Positions 1 through 13,065 of a stretch of 64,000 nucleotides of DNA are shown here, in pieces; the stretch's first letter is position 1; each line of letters begins with the position of its first letter. Source of the DNA: Podarcis pityusensis (lineage: Eukaryota); NCBI GenBank assembly GCA_964106645.2, contig OZ067043.1. One strand, written 5' to 3'. The notes under the pieces were generated by a model. That model searched no databases. It saw nothing but the letters and a program-made list of their open reading frames with translations, and was not told the DNA's origin. A program made the translations under genes and the position numbers.

Positions 1-235
1 GCCAGTGGCCCATCTAGTCCAGCGTCCTGTTCTCACAGTGGCCAACCAAATGCCTATGGCAAGTTCGCAAGCAGGATCTGAGCACAACAGCATACTCTCC
101 TCTTTTGATTCTGAACAACTGGTATTCAGAAGTATACTGTCTCCAGCAGTGGAGGCAGAACATAGCCATCATGACTAGTAGTCAATGACAGCCTTATTCT
201 CCATTAATTTGTCTAATCCTCTTTTAAGGCCATCC
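1..235 (-). mobile_element. CR1 LINE 3' end (3' UTR and last ORF2 codons), truncated by window edge
   Basis: GGCCCATCTAGTCCAGCGTCCTGTTCTCACAGTGGCCAACCA...TTTGTCTAATCCTCTTTTAAGGCCATCC is the reverse complement of the squamate CR1 3' end. Confidence 0.85.
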
Positions 236-949
236 CAGTTTCAGAACCCAGTTCTGAAAGTTACAGTTCTTATGATGATCAGCTGTGATAGAAACAGTTC
301 AGGTAGACTGACGGAAAGTGATGGTTGGGAAAGCACCAAAGGCTGCTGGTCTCTGGGCAAAACCAATAGAATAGTCCTGCTTCCCTTCTCTCCTTCTGCT
401 CTGCAGCCGGCTTCCACCTGCCTTGCTTTGATCTGGAGGGTCAGAAGCTGTGCTCTTTTGCAACTTAAAGTGTTTCTGTACCTACGACTGCATTGCATAA
501 GATTCCCTTTGGGTCTTGTATAGCTCTGTAATTCAACCCAAGTCACAGCTTGCAAACTAATTCTGGGGCTCATATAGAAAGGTGCTTTCAAGGCATGTGA
601 GGAGGAAAATTCTATCAAGTCTCCCACCATCAGCCATTTCTAATAATGAGATGTGGTAACAGCCTCCTGTTGTGACAGGATACTAAAGAAAAACAGTTCC
701 TAAAATGATATAATTTTGTATGCATTGTTATTTATTCTATGATTTGGCTGTATGCTTTTTATTTAGTGTTCTATACACCATATCTGTACGGTGGGTTATA
801 AATACTTTAATAAAATAAAAATAAATCATAAATGTACATCAGCTTTGTAATACGCTATTATCTGCATCTACCTTAAGATTCATAAATGCTTTCGTAAATT
901 GGAAAAATCCTGTAAGCCAGGCCCCAAATGCAGCCATTATTTCTATTAA

Positions 950-1176
950 TATATTTATTTGTATCCTGTCTTTCCTCTAAGTAGCTCAGGGTGAAATATA
1001 TGGTTTCCTCTTCCCTTCTATGATCACACAAGTCATGTGAGTTAGGTTAGGCTGAGAGGCAGGAAACAGGCCCAATGTCAAATAGCAGGCTTTGTAGCTG
1101 AGCAAGGATTTCAACTCCAGCCTTCCTAGTCTAAGTCCAACACTCTAGTGACTGTCACTACACCACACTAACTCTC
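950..1176 (-). mobile_element. Degenerate tRNA-derived SINE with L2-type tail (Squam2/MIR-like)
   Basis: TTTATTTGTATCCTGTCTTTCC tail, GTGAGTTAGGTTAGGCTGAGAG body, reverse B-box (GGATTTCAACTCC) and reverse A-box (CACTACACCACAC). Confidence 0.65.
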
Positions 1177-2468
1177 ATGAGGCCACAGGCGCTTTTGCTA
1201 CATGTTTGAGGTGGCCTTTGGCCCCAGCAATTCTTTATGGGATGCTATTTTCCACAACTCCTGAACACAGTCGTGTTCTAAAGGAAAAAAGTCTCAAAGA
1301 GCTGTATTTCTGTCAACCAGGCCCACATTGGGGCTTTCTGACGGCTGTCTTAACAATGGCAAGGCTGGTGAGACATCTTCATTAAGCACAGTCTCAGCCA
1401 GTTGCAAGGTCTCCCATGAATGTCCACCTGCCCTTTCGGACTTACTCTTCTTCACTACTTTTCCTAAGTCCCAACTCTTTACTGCAGACAATTTGAACAC
1501 TGAATTTGTACTGTTGCAAAGAACTCCAGCATCGGAACCACCAGCACCTTGAAATTACCATATGACAGGACACAAGCTGTAATAAAAATATCTTTACCTG
1601 TCAGTGAAAGACAGTCAGAGAAGGAGCCACCCAAATTTTGTGAAGCAATGTCTATCTCCTGTTCCCATAAAATACCGAAGCATATAATATTTATTCACAA
1701 AAATGCAGGGCATTCTCCTCCAATGTGGTACCCACTCTTTGGAACTCCTTCTTCTGGCAGATCAGACAGGCAAGGTTGCGAAGAGTTGGTGAAAAACTGC
1801 ACACCAAGGTGTTTGTGGTCTTTCATGACTGTTCTTTGTGTTTTTCAATAGTGTTTTATTATGATGGGTTTAGATAGCCTTGAGTTCCTAGCAATGCCTA
1901 GAAAGAGTTCTGAAAATGTTTATGCAGAAACAAATAGATGAATAAATGCAGGGTAGACTACCTGGGCATATAGTGGGACGCCAAGGACCTGCACTGGAGA
2001 AAAAATTACTCAGCCTCTGTGATTAATACCACTCACCCAGCCCTGATGCATACATAATGCTGCTCAATAGTAATGAAGTGTTAACAGAGCCATTTCCTCA
2101 GAAATTCCTTTTTATCTTTCCATAAGTCTTTATAAAGGCAGAAGCAACGGCATTTCCCACCTGTCAGGATATTTGTGGAATGGGACAAGTCACTTACGAC
2201 ACTTCTGAAAGTTCTGTTTTATTTATGAAGGAGTTGGACAGACATCCAGTTAAGAAAAACATCAATCTATTTAACCTGGTAGGTTCTACAGAGTTTTCTT
2301 GAGTCTCAGGAAGACGTCCTTCTCAGCCCTGCTACGTGAGAACTTTTTAACCAGATAACCCAAGGAATCTATCTGTGTCTTCATATGAACACTGCCAAGC
2401 TGATGTTCTTCCACACTCCTCTCACCTCAGAAGTTTCTCCAGTGGCAGACACTAGACTGGTACCTACC

Positions 2469-2655
2469 AACATAACCTTATGCCAAGTCAGACACTGGTC
2501 CATCCAGCTCATTGTTGTCTATACAGACTGGCTTGTGGCTCGCCAGGGTTTTAGACAGAGAAGTTTCCTCCAGACCTACTTGGAGGTGCCAGGCACTGAA
2601 CTTGGTACTTTTTGCATGTAAACCATGTGCTCTTCTACAGAACTACATTCCTTCC
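2469..2655 (-). mobile_element. Squam3-type tRNA-derived SINE
   Basis: Reverse strand carries the TAG..C.GTAGAAGAGCACATGGTTTACATGCAAAAAGTACCAAGTTCAGTGCCTGGCACCTCC head and GAGCTGGATGGACCAGTGTCTGACTTGGCATAAGG tail. Confidence 0.8.
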
Positions 2656-2769
2656 CCTTGTAGTGAGGGCATGGTCCACAAACCTGAAACCACACTTGGA
2701 GGCAGTATACGCCTGAAAACCAGTTTGTGGAAACCACAGGAAGGTAGGCAAAGTGCTCACATGCTCATG

Positions 2770-2860
2770 CCCTGCATGCAAGTTTCCCACAGGCATCTGG
2801 CTGGATGCTATGAGAACAGGATTCTGGACTAGATGGGACATTAACTCTTCTTACATTCTA
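2770..2860 (+). mobile_element. CR1 3' UTR terminal fragment
   Basis: TTCCCACAGGCATCTGGCTGG..TGAGAACAGGATTCTGGACTAGATGGG...TCTTCTTACATTCT. Confidence 0.75.
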
Positions 2861-3302
2861 ATGAGATGCTACATCTGGTCTCTTCTCTGTGCTACACTCA
2901 ATTTTATAGCCACAAACTCAAAAAAAAGTCCACACTGGGGCCACTGAAAGTGCTTATGTGCACAACAAGAATGATGGGAGAAAGAAACGAACCAGCAGCT
3001 GACTGCAAATATAACCTCTGTTCACCAGAAAGCTCTCTGTAAACTCTGCCGAAATGAGAGCTGAGCCTTGCAGCTACACTGAAGCTTTGCAATATGGGCA
3101 TTGCCTATTCCTTTGTATAAAGACAGAGATGGCAAGCCTGGATGTGAAAAGCCATGGCATGGTCAGATACAGTAAGGCTAAAACTGTGCCCCCTTCCCCT
3201 CCATGAGATAACGACCAGGCTGATATTGAAGGATAACAGTGGTTCGGCAATAAGAGGGGGGGAAGCAATTTCATCTTTATTAGTGGGAGAATTCTCTTTT
3301 AG

Positions 3303-3442
3303 NNNNNNNNNNNNNNNNNNNNNNNNNNNNNNNNNNNNNNNNNNNNNNNNNNNNNNNNNNNNNNNNNNNNNNNNNNNNNNNNNNNNNNNNNNNNNNNNNN
3401 NNNNNNNNNNNNNNNNNNNNNNNNNNNNNNNNNNNNNNNNNN
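3303..3442. other. Assembly gap (140 N)
   Basis: Run of n directly visible. Confidence 1.
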
Positions 3443-3479
3443 GAGGAGTGGAGATTTTTTTTCCTACTTTGCGCAAAAA

Positions 3480-4370
3480 AAAATCCTCATAAAGTGTTTA
3501 TTAAGAGCGGGTAAGAAGGGGATAATGATGTGTTTGGAAATTAAGGCAATCAAACATTTAATGCTATGCACTCCTGTAGGCAAAAGCATTCAAATGAGTC
3601 AATTAGACATCCATTATCCAGGCACGATTAAACACGGCAGAACGAGAGGCTGTCCGCCCCAGTGCCTGTTTGTGCTGAGGACTTATGCCCACTTAAAGCT
3701 GGCTAATAAAACACTAAACTTGGAAGAGGATGCAAAATGCGGGTGTGGGGGGGGGGGGGAGGCAAAGGAAGGAAGGTAAGACATAAGGAAGTGGATTGCC
3801 AGGATGACAGGCAGGCCATGAGAGGAGGGACAATGATGTAGTGGTGTCTTGTGGACCAGGGTTTCATAAATCACAATAATTAAGTTAACACGGAAATCAA
3901 CTTCACCATCCCGTTAAATTACAGTATTTGCATATTAGGGCTCAAATGAAGTCTGTGTTTTGGCAGGACAAGGAGCGGGCTGGAGAGAGGGGAAAAGTAG
4001 GGTGGGAGGGGAGGAAGGAGGGAGCTGATAAGGGATCCATTTATTATGGTGAATAACTAATTTCAGAATTTATAGTGCTGGATTTTCGTCCCCATGCCAT
4101 TTATATTACCGGTGGAAATTAAGGGGCGGGCAGGAGGCTGGCTGGACATCTTTCTGCGTTATTGCTTGTCTGCCATTTGCAAATCATTATTAATTGTGGC
4201 CCACGCACATGGTGCAGCAGGCCACAGCGCCTGGACAGACAGTGCCAGCACACATATCTCTTCATCAGGCCCCCAGCCACTGGCCCTGAGAGGCAATTAC
4301 CCCTCCCTGATTGGTATCAGATAAGGAGGGAATTTTTACAAATTAGAGAATAAATAGGATTTCCACACAT
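3480..4370. promoter_or_regulatory. Putative conserved non-coding element / enhancer block
   Basis: TE-free; dense TAAT/ATTA sites, octamer ATTTGCAT near 3926, CATAAATCA (Pbx-Hox), GC box GGGGCGGG, retained CpGs. Conservation is inferred. Confidence 0.5.
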
Positions 4371-6928
4371 GGAGCAGAGAGGACTTGAGAGGCGGTAATG
4401 AAAAACGATACATCACCATCAGCTAGACAATCCTATTCATACAGTCCTGTATTATGCTCACCACTCATAAAAATCCCACCAAATGACAGACAGACACCGA
4501 CAACATGTCTTGCAAAATCAGACACACTCCCCACCCTCAGAGTTTCCTTGGGCAGTTATCGGGGACCTTTCCCTCCAAAATGGCTACCACTAGAGATGCA
4601 ATCCTGCCAACAGCTGGTTTTTTCACATAAGGATTTCCCTGGGCTAGTGAAGCCATGCCTTCAGGTTTCAACGTCCTGTCCCGTAACTGGAGATGAGAGG
4701 TGTGGACTGTGAGTATACAGTGTGGGAGATGCTCAGTTTGCACATCATCCTTAAAAATATTTCTGTGTTAGCACTTTACCTAGACCAGGTCTGAACCCAG
4801 CATTGAGAGGAATGAGCTGAAGTTGGACTGATGACTGATTACCAGTTTTCCATCAGAAAGACCAGGGCAAAACTAATGAATATATTTTAGAGATACAAAA
4901 CTAATTTTCTCCATCATGCCAAATTTGACTGGCAATTCTGTTTTGTTTTTAAATTCCCATAGCGTATTAACATAAGAAAACTGATCCTGTTGCAAATCAC
5001 AGCCTTGAGTGGACTTCCTCTTGCGCTCTCTCTTGCTATCTCTAAACTATGCCTTAATTCGCTTGGAATCTGTTTGGCTTAATTATATCTCAAGAGGCAT
5101 TCATTTCTGCACTTCAGATAGAATTTTGGGGGTAGACAAAGCCTGGCTTAGAATAGCAGCAAAAATATCTGCAGGCTTTCTAAGAGACTTCCTTGTAGTG
5201 CAGCGTAATGTCTCTCTCCTGGGAATAAGTATACCACTCTGCTAGGGAGCATTTTTGTGGTATACAGTTTCTATAGGTGTTAAGACACTTCAGAAATCCA
5301 GCATGCATCCGAGCAGGGAGGCAAAGAGGATTCAAAACTCACCAGTTGCTCAGGATCTGGGCCAATTCAGAATGACAGACCCAGTTCCCTAAGCATGTCC
5401 CCTCTGTGAAATGGACTTGGACAGTTATTAATCTGGGCTTGGTTAAGAGATCTTGCTATGACTTGTTTTAATGGTTTCCACATTGGCTGATGTACCTATC
5501 CAGACCTCAGTCTAAGCAAAATTATGAGAACTCCTCCCCAAGTACGACTCACCATTTGACAGCACTAATTCTGGTCCCTATAATCCACAGAAACCACTTT
5601 CACTTCAGAATATGCCTTGGTCCCACACTGCTCCCTTTACAATGCTCCTCTAACGTCAGAGAGAGGAGAAGAGGGGCATCTACAAGGAGACAGAAAGCAA
5701 ACTGGAATCTTCCATCCTGGATTTGCAGTTAGTCCTCCACTGTGGAAACCATGAGGTTGGGATATAAGCCCTTACAAGGTTACTGGTTTGATCCACACAT
5801 GACTATGTTCAATTATAACCTTTAATTAACCCCCCTCATAATTCTACAGCCACATTTCCTGGTCTGCAATATTTCAGAGAAGAATCTTAGGGCCAAATAA
5901 ATGGGAGAACATTTCAGGCATTAAGCAATTAAATGAATTTTTTGAAGTATAGATGTTAGGCACGAAAGCCTCAATCCTGATTGAGACCCTGTTTGGAGGA
6001 GGAATTTAAACCCTTTGCCGTCACTGCAGTCCCAATCCAGACCAGGCCCCCATACCTGCTACACCAGCTATATTCACTTAAATGAACATTCATACAATTG
6101 CTAACTGAATGGTACCATGGTTAAGTTGGCCCACAGGCAGTTATACTTTGGCAACAACACCGTTTTCTGTGCAAGCTCCAGTGAAATAAATGGCAACTGA
6201 GCCAAAGCATAGCCGTGTTTTTGAGCAAGCCCCATTCATCACAGGGGCCTCACACAGAAGATGCTCAGGCTTACTGTGCCATAGGTTGAGTGGCTGTGTG
6301 ATGCTATGGAGAACAGCTTAAAAACATACCTAATGACCAGAAAGGAGCCCAAATGGGATTTAAACTGGGGCAGAATTTGTTAGAAAACAATTGTCACAAT
6401 CCGTTATTTCCTCAACTTTCTTGTGCATTTAGATGCCTAATTGTATGTGCCAGCTTGATTTAGCCATTATTCCCCAGTTTTGCTCTGGTGGGTGTTCCTG
6501 GGAGCACTCATTCACACACACACACACACACAAAACAGGCAGAGAGTGTAAGGGTCAGGGGTGAAGCAGGAGCCAATACTCTTAAGCTGAAAGGATCTCC
6601 ATCCTTCACTGCTCCAAATCAACCAGCCAGGTGTTTGACTGTCTTGGCAATGGGGATGGATTGCCATTTCCGGCACAGAAGCTGTTCTACATGCAGTTTG
6701 AAATGCGTAAAGGAGCTCAGAGACTGGGAGTTGGGGGAGGGGGACACGGTGAAGGTCTGCACTATGGAAAGATACGTCGTTAGGTAGTGCCTGAAGCACA
6801 ACTGTGTTTAAAATGGTAACACCAGGGGAATTGCCCGTATTCGTCTGTGACTATTGCGGGGGAAAGGGTTTGAGTATGGAGACTGCTAGCCCCAAGTGAT
6901 CCAGTGCATCTCTTTTTGAACAAGAGTA

Positions 6929-7118
6929 CAGTGGTACCTAAGTTTACGAACTTAATCCGTTCCTGAAGTCCATTCTTAAACCAAATCTGTTCTTAAACTG
7001 AGGCACACTTTCCCTAATGAGGCCCCCCCGCCACTGGTGCCCTTCCACCATTCAGCTTCCATTCGTAGACTGAGGTAAAGTTCGCAAACCAGATAGTTCG
7101 TAAACCAAGGTACCACTG
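6929..7118. mobile_element. Tc1/mariner (Tigger-like) MITE
   Basis: TIRs CAGTGGTACCTAAGTTTACGAACT / AGTTCGTAAACCAAGGTACCACTG; TA on both flanks (6927-28, 7119-20). Confidence 0.92.
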
Positions 7119-8245
7119 TATATGTGGGAGCGGTACTATTTTCTACTCCCTGATCTTCCATGGATCTCCTGTGTGATCACAGACAAGAACATGCTCTGGG
7201 CTACTTCCCAAACTCTACTATAGGTAATTCTGATTACAAAAAGTGGGAGAACACTGAACTTTTCACAGCGTCGTTCCATGGATCTAGTGTAGAAGGAGGT
7301 AAGAAGTCACAATTCAATAGCTGAAAATGTTATTCTAAAAGCAACATTGGGAAGGCAGAGTGTGGGGCAAACAGCAGTAGTGTATACCTGCCTGCAAGGA
7401 CATTGCCTCCTCTCTCACTAGAAGAAATGGCTAGAGCAATACTGCTTCTGGTATACAGCCATATATTCTCTAGGGGAAGGTCAGACCTCTGCTCGCTGTA
7501 AAGGAGTCATGTCTTAGCACTTATCCTCACAATATTTATGGCAAGTTTATGCCTGGCTGTTAAAGTCAGCAGTAGTTACTGCTGATAAAGGCAGGGCTCT
7601 GCTCCCTGGAACTTTCTGCCCTTGCTAAACTGCTCATCGCTGTCTCTTGCCTGCTCCTGTGAGAACCTCACATGAACACTGGGGTTTCCTTTCCAGCAAT
7701 GAGAAATTTCAATACTCGCTGCAGAAAAGCACCAGTCACCTCTGCAGGCACTGAAGTGCCTCGGGGTTCTATATTCCTATGCTTGGATTGCTACAAGCAA
7801 GGACCGGCTTTTTCTGTCTACACTTGCACCATGTGCTAGGGACTATAGCCTGGCCTCATGGGTACCTTCACAATCAAAGATTTTAAAATGAAATTATAAT
7901 GATCACCCATTCATCTCCACTGAAGCCCCACTGGTCTCTTGTGGATATCCTGGGTTGCAAGAGGAACCTGGTCCTAAATATTAACAGGTATTTTTGCTTT
8001 ATTGGTATCTTACACAAGAAGTATGTGACGAGCAAGAAGTGGTGGATCTTATCTTCCCAAATAGCTGCTTGCATCCTTACCACCAGATAGAAAGGAGATG
8101 CACCCTTTGAGTAGGGTAGGTGGTGAGAGCTGGTCTTCCAGCTACTCCACTTGCCTGTTATTTTTACCTTGTCAATAAATTATTTTTACCACATTCGCTG
8201 ACTTGAGAGCAGGTGCCCTTCCATCCCTTTCCATCCACTGCTCAT

Positions 8246-8467
8246 GAGTGGGATTCAGCTAATAAGACCATTAATGGAATCCCTATGCAAGGGCTTTCAT
8301 TTGTGCAACAGGGGCTTCCCCACCTGCACCCCCCAAAATTGGCTCTTGGGCAGGGGGAGAACCCTCGGAACAGCCTGCTCAGGAAGGAAAGGGGATATTG
8401 TTCAGTCTGCAAGCCAAAATGCTTGCCCTGATGCAACAATCACCTTAGCACGGCACTGAATCCCTCC
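8246..8467. mobile_element. Degenerate non-autonomous DNA transposon (MITE)
   Basis: Inverted ends GGGATTCAG...CTGAATCCC around about 200 bp of non-coding sequence. Confidence 0.5.
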
Positions 8468-9472
8468 CCACGTCTCACCAGCAAGCCTTGAACAACCCCC
8501 TGGTCACTTCCTGGTTCAGCTGAAGCTACTGGGATTGGGACCCTAATTAGGAAGAGACATCAAAGTCAAAATGGGAGAATCTGTTAAGTAGAGCTACTTC
8601 TCCCTGAGAGTGACACACCATGACAAGAAAAAGGAATGAAAGGGAAGGGTTGCAATTCCGGAGCTTCCAAGAGTCCTAATATAAAGTTTTCTGCTTTAAA
8701 GCCAGGCGAGATGGCCTAGTTATTGCGTTGAAAGGCTTTGGAATGAAACTGCAGAGCTACACTCAAAATCTTTCAAATAAGCCCAGCTTCATTTTGGCAG
8801 GTCCAGCAAGGCAGAGGCACTGATTGCACACAGAAGGCCAGCTCTCTTTATCTTGGAGGGAGACCTGCCTATTTTTAAACATTAGCTCCCAATCCTCAGT
8901 CCAGCCCTTTGTCTCTCTTGCCTTCGGAAGGACAGATCAAACGCCAGACCCTTGCCATTGTTTCTCTCCCAGCGAGAAGGATGCAGAGCTGTAATCTTCC
9001 CACAAAGCCACACGCTTCAAAGGAATCAAAAGTGCTTATTAAAAGTCCTGGGAAACTAATTTAATAACATCCCAAAGGGCTGGAAAAATCAGCACCGGAG
9101 GCTCAAAATATAGCCAGGGGTGAGGAACTATTTTATGTAGCTACAGATGCACAACAGCCTCCTGTGCTCAAGAGGGAGTTTCTTCCATCTCCACAAGGGA
9201 AGAATCTACATTTGTTTTGTGCCTTTAAATGATTTCTCTGGTACTCTGCCTACTGATCGTTCTTTGCCAGGACTACTTCTAAAAATCCACAGCTCTTCAT
9301 CAGACTACACGGGCTCTAATGAACTGATCAACATTATCAGTAGCCTCAAAAAACTTTTATTATGAAAAGCAACCAATAATGTTATGTATCTCTCTGGGTC
9401 CCCACCAAAGACAAGGACCACACTTTCAACAATAGCCCAGAATTTACAAGAAAGCCATTCTAGGAGGTAACA

Positions 9473-9474
<2 letters not shown>

Positions 9475-9510
<36 letters not shown>
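9475..9510. repeat. (GT)n microsatellite
   Basis: Directly visible. Confidence 0.98.
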
Positions 9511-9512
<2 letters not shown>

Positions 9513-9664
9513 TTGCAAGTGTGGGAATTAATAAATCAATAGATTAATAAATCAAAGCATAGGATAATTTATTTATTAAACTATTACTTTAAGGATTAGC
9601 TATGGGCACTGCTTTTAGAAATAAAGTTGAAGCTTAAATTTACCTGGTTTTGCATATGCCTATA

Positions 9665-9878
9665 CAGTCATATTTTGATTTTCAAACCATTTAGTTCAAA
9701 CGTTTTGGCTCCCAAATGCCACAAACCTGGAAGTGACTGTTACGGTTTGCAAACTATTTTGGGAAGCCAAACATCTGACGGGGCTTCCAATTGGCTGCAG
9801 GAAACTTTGGTTTCCGAACGTTTTGGAAGTCAAACGGACTTCCAGAATGGATTCTGTTCGACTTCCAAGGTACGACTG
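9665..9878. mobile_element. Tc1/mariner (Tigger-like) MITE
   Basis: TA-CAGTCATATTTTG...TTCCAAGGTACGACTG-TA; subterminal GGACTTCCAGAATGGATT shared with the other copies. Confidence 0.85.
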
Positions 9879-9895
9879 TATTGAATGGCTTAGCA

Positions 9896-10031
9896 CAGGC
9901 ATAGGCAAACTCAGCCCTCCAGATGTTTTGGGACTACAATTCCCATCATCCCTGACCACTGGTCCTGTTAGCTAGGGATCATGGGAGTTGTAGTCCAATA
10001 ACACCTGGAGGGCCAAGTTTGCCTATGCCTG
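9896..10031. mobile_element. Palindromic hAT MITE with perfect 8-bp TSD
   Basis: TIR CAGGCATAGGCAAACT / AGTTTGCCTATGCCTG; TSD GCTTAGCA at 9888-9895 and 10032-10039; internal GGACTACAATTCCCAT / ATGGGAGTTGTAGTCC palindrome. Confidence 0.95.
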
Positions 10032-10119
10032 GCTTAGCATATATTATAACCCCCAGGGGTTGTTGGACTAGAATTCCTTCAGCTACAGCCAGAAGACCAA
10101 TAGGGATGACAGAAGCTGG

Positions 10120-10200
10120 AGAAGGAACCATGTAGTTCAAGTGGTAGAGCACCTGCTTTCCATGCAGGAAGTCTTGGATTCAGTCCCCAGCATCTCCAGG
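10120..10200 (+). mobile_element. Squam3 SINE 5' (tRNA-like) head fragment
   Basis: GTAGTTCAAGTGGTAGAGCACCTGCTTTCCATGCAGGAAGTCTTGGATTCAGTCCCCAGCATCTCCAGG with A and B boxes. Confidence 0.75.
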
Positions 10201-11105
10201 AAAATGCACAACCCCATATTCTTAAACTCCAGCTACCTTAAGCAAAAGCTTGTGCATAAAGCTGCCAATCCCCACAAACAAATAACTCCCAGAAAATAAA
10301 TAAGATAGAATCAGACAGAATAAAGATTTGGAATAATTGTCTGCATCAGTGGAGCTACAACATTCTTGTAGGAAATAAAAAATGTTGGATTGTGATGATG
10401 TCCTAACAAGATTATCACATGCCCAAAGTTGGCCTCGGGTTCTAGCAGCCCTCAAATGTCAAAAGATGACTGATCAAGAAAGTTATTAAGATTAATATAC
10501 AGAAAAAGTATTGTTTCTTCCAACTTCACATTTACATGAGGTTAATATGGTGAAGTTGACCCAGGAAAAGAAAGCTGCATCTTAGAATCTTGCTGAGTGT
10601 CACCATGATAACTGCTTCAGACTGAATCTAAAGAATCTAAAGAAAAAACAAGCCTGCTGCAGTTGAAAGTCTCCTTCTTTTCACCATATGCTGTGGTAAC
10701 AATTGCATTCATATAACTATTTGGAACATTGCAGAACTTCACATACAGTACACTGCTTTCTTGTAGTTCTTACAACAGCCCTTTTAAGTAGGCCAGACTT
10801 CTTTTTGCTTCAGTAGGCATTTTAAGAAGATTTTACCGATTAATTTTCTCTATTGTATCTTTCTTCTAACCTATGATATTAAGTGGATATAAATTGTTGA
10901 AATAAATATTCTTATCAGCATAGCACAGACTGGGGGAAGAGGGATGGAGCTGAAAGTTGGTTGCTTAAGTGAGTTTGTAACACTGCCAAAACGCAAACAG
11001 AGAAGTTTGCAAGTCACAGCTCAGTCTCTTAGTCACTATGCTACACCAGCTGATTGATTTATCAACATAAGGGGGCATGCAACAAAATGTTGCAGCATCT
11101 TAGAG

Positions 11106-11311
11106 CAGAGCTTTCCAAATTTTTCATGTTGGTGACACCCTTTTTAGACATGCATCATTTCGTGACACTGTAATTCAGTTTTACTAGCAAACTGGAGGTT
11201 AAACTAACCTCTTTTCAGCCCCGGGAGGAGCCCAGGGAACGTTTGTGCGGCACACCTACACACTGCAGCTAACGCACTAACGTGTCACAACACACAATTT
11301 GGAAAGCTCTG
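11106..11311. mobile_element. hAT MITE
   Basis: TIR CAGAGCTTTCCAAA / TTTGGAAAGCTCTG; 8-bp TSD TCTTAGAG (11098-11105) / CCTTAGAG (11312-11319). Confidence 0.92.
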
Positions 11312-11526
11312 CCTTAGAGGAATGCTTCAGTTCAAGGCTCTAGAGATTCTGGACTGAGAGACATACAGACCTGCCCCGGCCTCTTGGGAAGCTGGGAAAG
11401 TTTCAGGAAAGGTACCCTGGCAAGACCTCCCCCTCTGGTGTTACAGCAACAGAGAGTTGCTAGCCCCAAACCTAAGTGTTTTATAACTATTTAGCAGGGA
11501 ACACACAGTTCTGGAGATGGGAAAAA

Positions 11527-11555
11527 CATCTCATCTCATCTCATCTCATCTCATC
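11527..11555. repeat. (CATCT)n microsatellite
   Basis: Directly visible. Confidence 0.95.
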
Positions 11556-11918
11556 CAACACTACCCCCCACCCCCACTTACTATAACTTGTCAGGGGCTT
11601 GAGCATGTCCATTCCTTCTCTTCTTCTGCCTTCCCATAAATGCTTTGTGTTCAAGTGGCATATGATGATTCCGTGTCTCAAACAGTTCTCAGGCACAAAC
11701 TTAATTCATAGACTCACACAGTTTGCCTGACCTCAAGTTTCTTTAGGTCATGTCAAAGTGGGTTTTTAAAAGTCATTTTCATTTAATATAATTCACAAAC
11801 CTGTGTACTTCTGTGTACCAGGGGTGTCCCCTGAGTAGGCAGAAGCCACTACCTTATTTTTGAGTGGTTTTGTTTCAATTCCACACCAAGAGGGACTCAG
11901 CTACCTGAGCTCATTATT

Positions 11919-12068
11919 GGGAGCCTGGATAGCTCAGCTGGTTAGAGTGTGGTGCTGATAACAGCAAGGTCGCAGGTTTGATCCCTGTATGGTACAGCTG
12001 CATATTCCTGCATTGAGGGGCTGGATTAGATGAGCCCCAGGGTCCCTTTCAACTCTATGATTCTATGA
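11919..12068 (+). mobile_element. POM-type SINE (tRNA-derived head + CR1 3' tail)
   Basis: GGATAGCTCAGCTGGTTAGAGTGTGGTGCTGATAAC...GGTTTGATCCC head, then CCTGCATTG..GGGG.TGGA.TAGATGA...GGTCCCTTTCAACTCTATGATTCTATGA CR1 terminus. Confidence 0.88.
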
Positions 12069-12824
12069 GCAAGTGGAATCTGTAGCAAAATGTATCAGTG
12101 TATCCCTGCCTCTCTTCCTGTTCTGGCATCTGTAAGAAAGGAGTTTTGAAGTGCTGTTTAGGTCTCATTCAGGAATATCAGGAAGGATGAAGACCCTGAA
12201 GCCTTCTGCTGCCACACTATAACATAAAGCTAGAAGGCTTAGGTTTGGGCCTGACTGCTAGGCCTGAACTCGCCCAGCACAGAGGTAGGACTTTTTAGAT
12301 GTGACAGCATGCTTCCCTCAACCCAAATCTTCCCTGCAAAATGATAAAGCTGCAGCTTTGCGCTTGAAGAGACCACTAAATTTTTGAAGCATTCTCCTTC
12401 CCCATATAAAGTTTTTACTCTGTCTCTCAACTGCCTTCAACATTCCATACATCCTGGAAGATCATAGATCCTTGTCAGAGTGTTCTGAGCCCTCCCCCCT
12501 TTAATTAACAAGAATATACTATACCTAGGAAGTCCCTTGAGTATGCAGAAACCACTAACTTATTTTTGGGTGGACCCACTTATAGAACCCTCATCCACCC
12601 AAGTTCACTATTAGAAGGAATGGTGATACTCATAGGAATGGGATAGGGACTTTATCAGAATGCATGTCTTTCTGAGACTGCACACGCAAAACAGAAATGC
12701 AGGAACTAAAAGAAATGTGAGAGAAATGTGAGGTTTCACTGTTGGACCCAAGGCATCAAACTAGGCAGAGCATGAAGCTGCCTCTATCACAATAATCCTG
12801 GCATGTGGAAGTCTAAGTGGAGTA

Positions 12825-13065
12825 CAGTCATACCTTGGTTTAAGAACAGCTTAGTTTATGAACAGCTTGGATTAAGAATGCTGCAAACCCGGAAGTAGGG
12901 GTTTTGGTTTGTGAACTTTGCTTTGGAAGCAGAACATGTTCCGCTTCCTCTTGAGTGTGTTCCATGTCCCCCGCTGCTATGAGAAAACACACCTTGGTTT
13001 AAGAACGCTTTGGTTTAAGAATGGACTTCCGGAACGGATTACGTTCGTAAACCAAGGTACCACTG
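12825..13065. mobile_element. Tc1/mariner (Tigger-like) MITE
   Basis: TA-CAGTCATACCTTGGTTTAAGAAC...GTTCGTAAACCAAGGTACCACTG-TA. Confidence 0.92.

Noticed and set aside
11919-11990. tRNA-Ile-like gene
   Set aside because: Degenerate stems and B-box, and it runs directly into a CR1 tail, so it is a SINE head.
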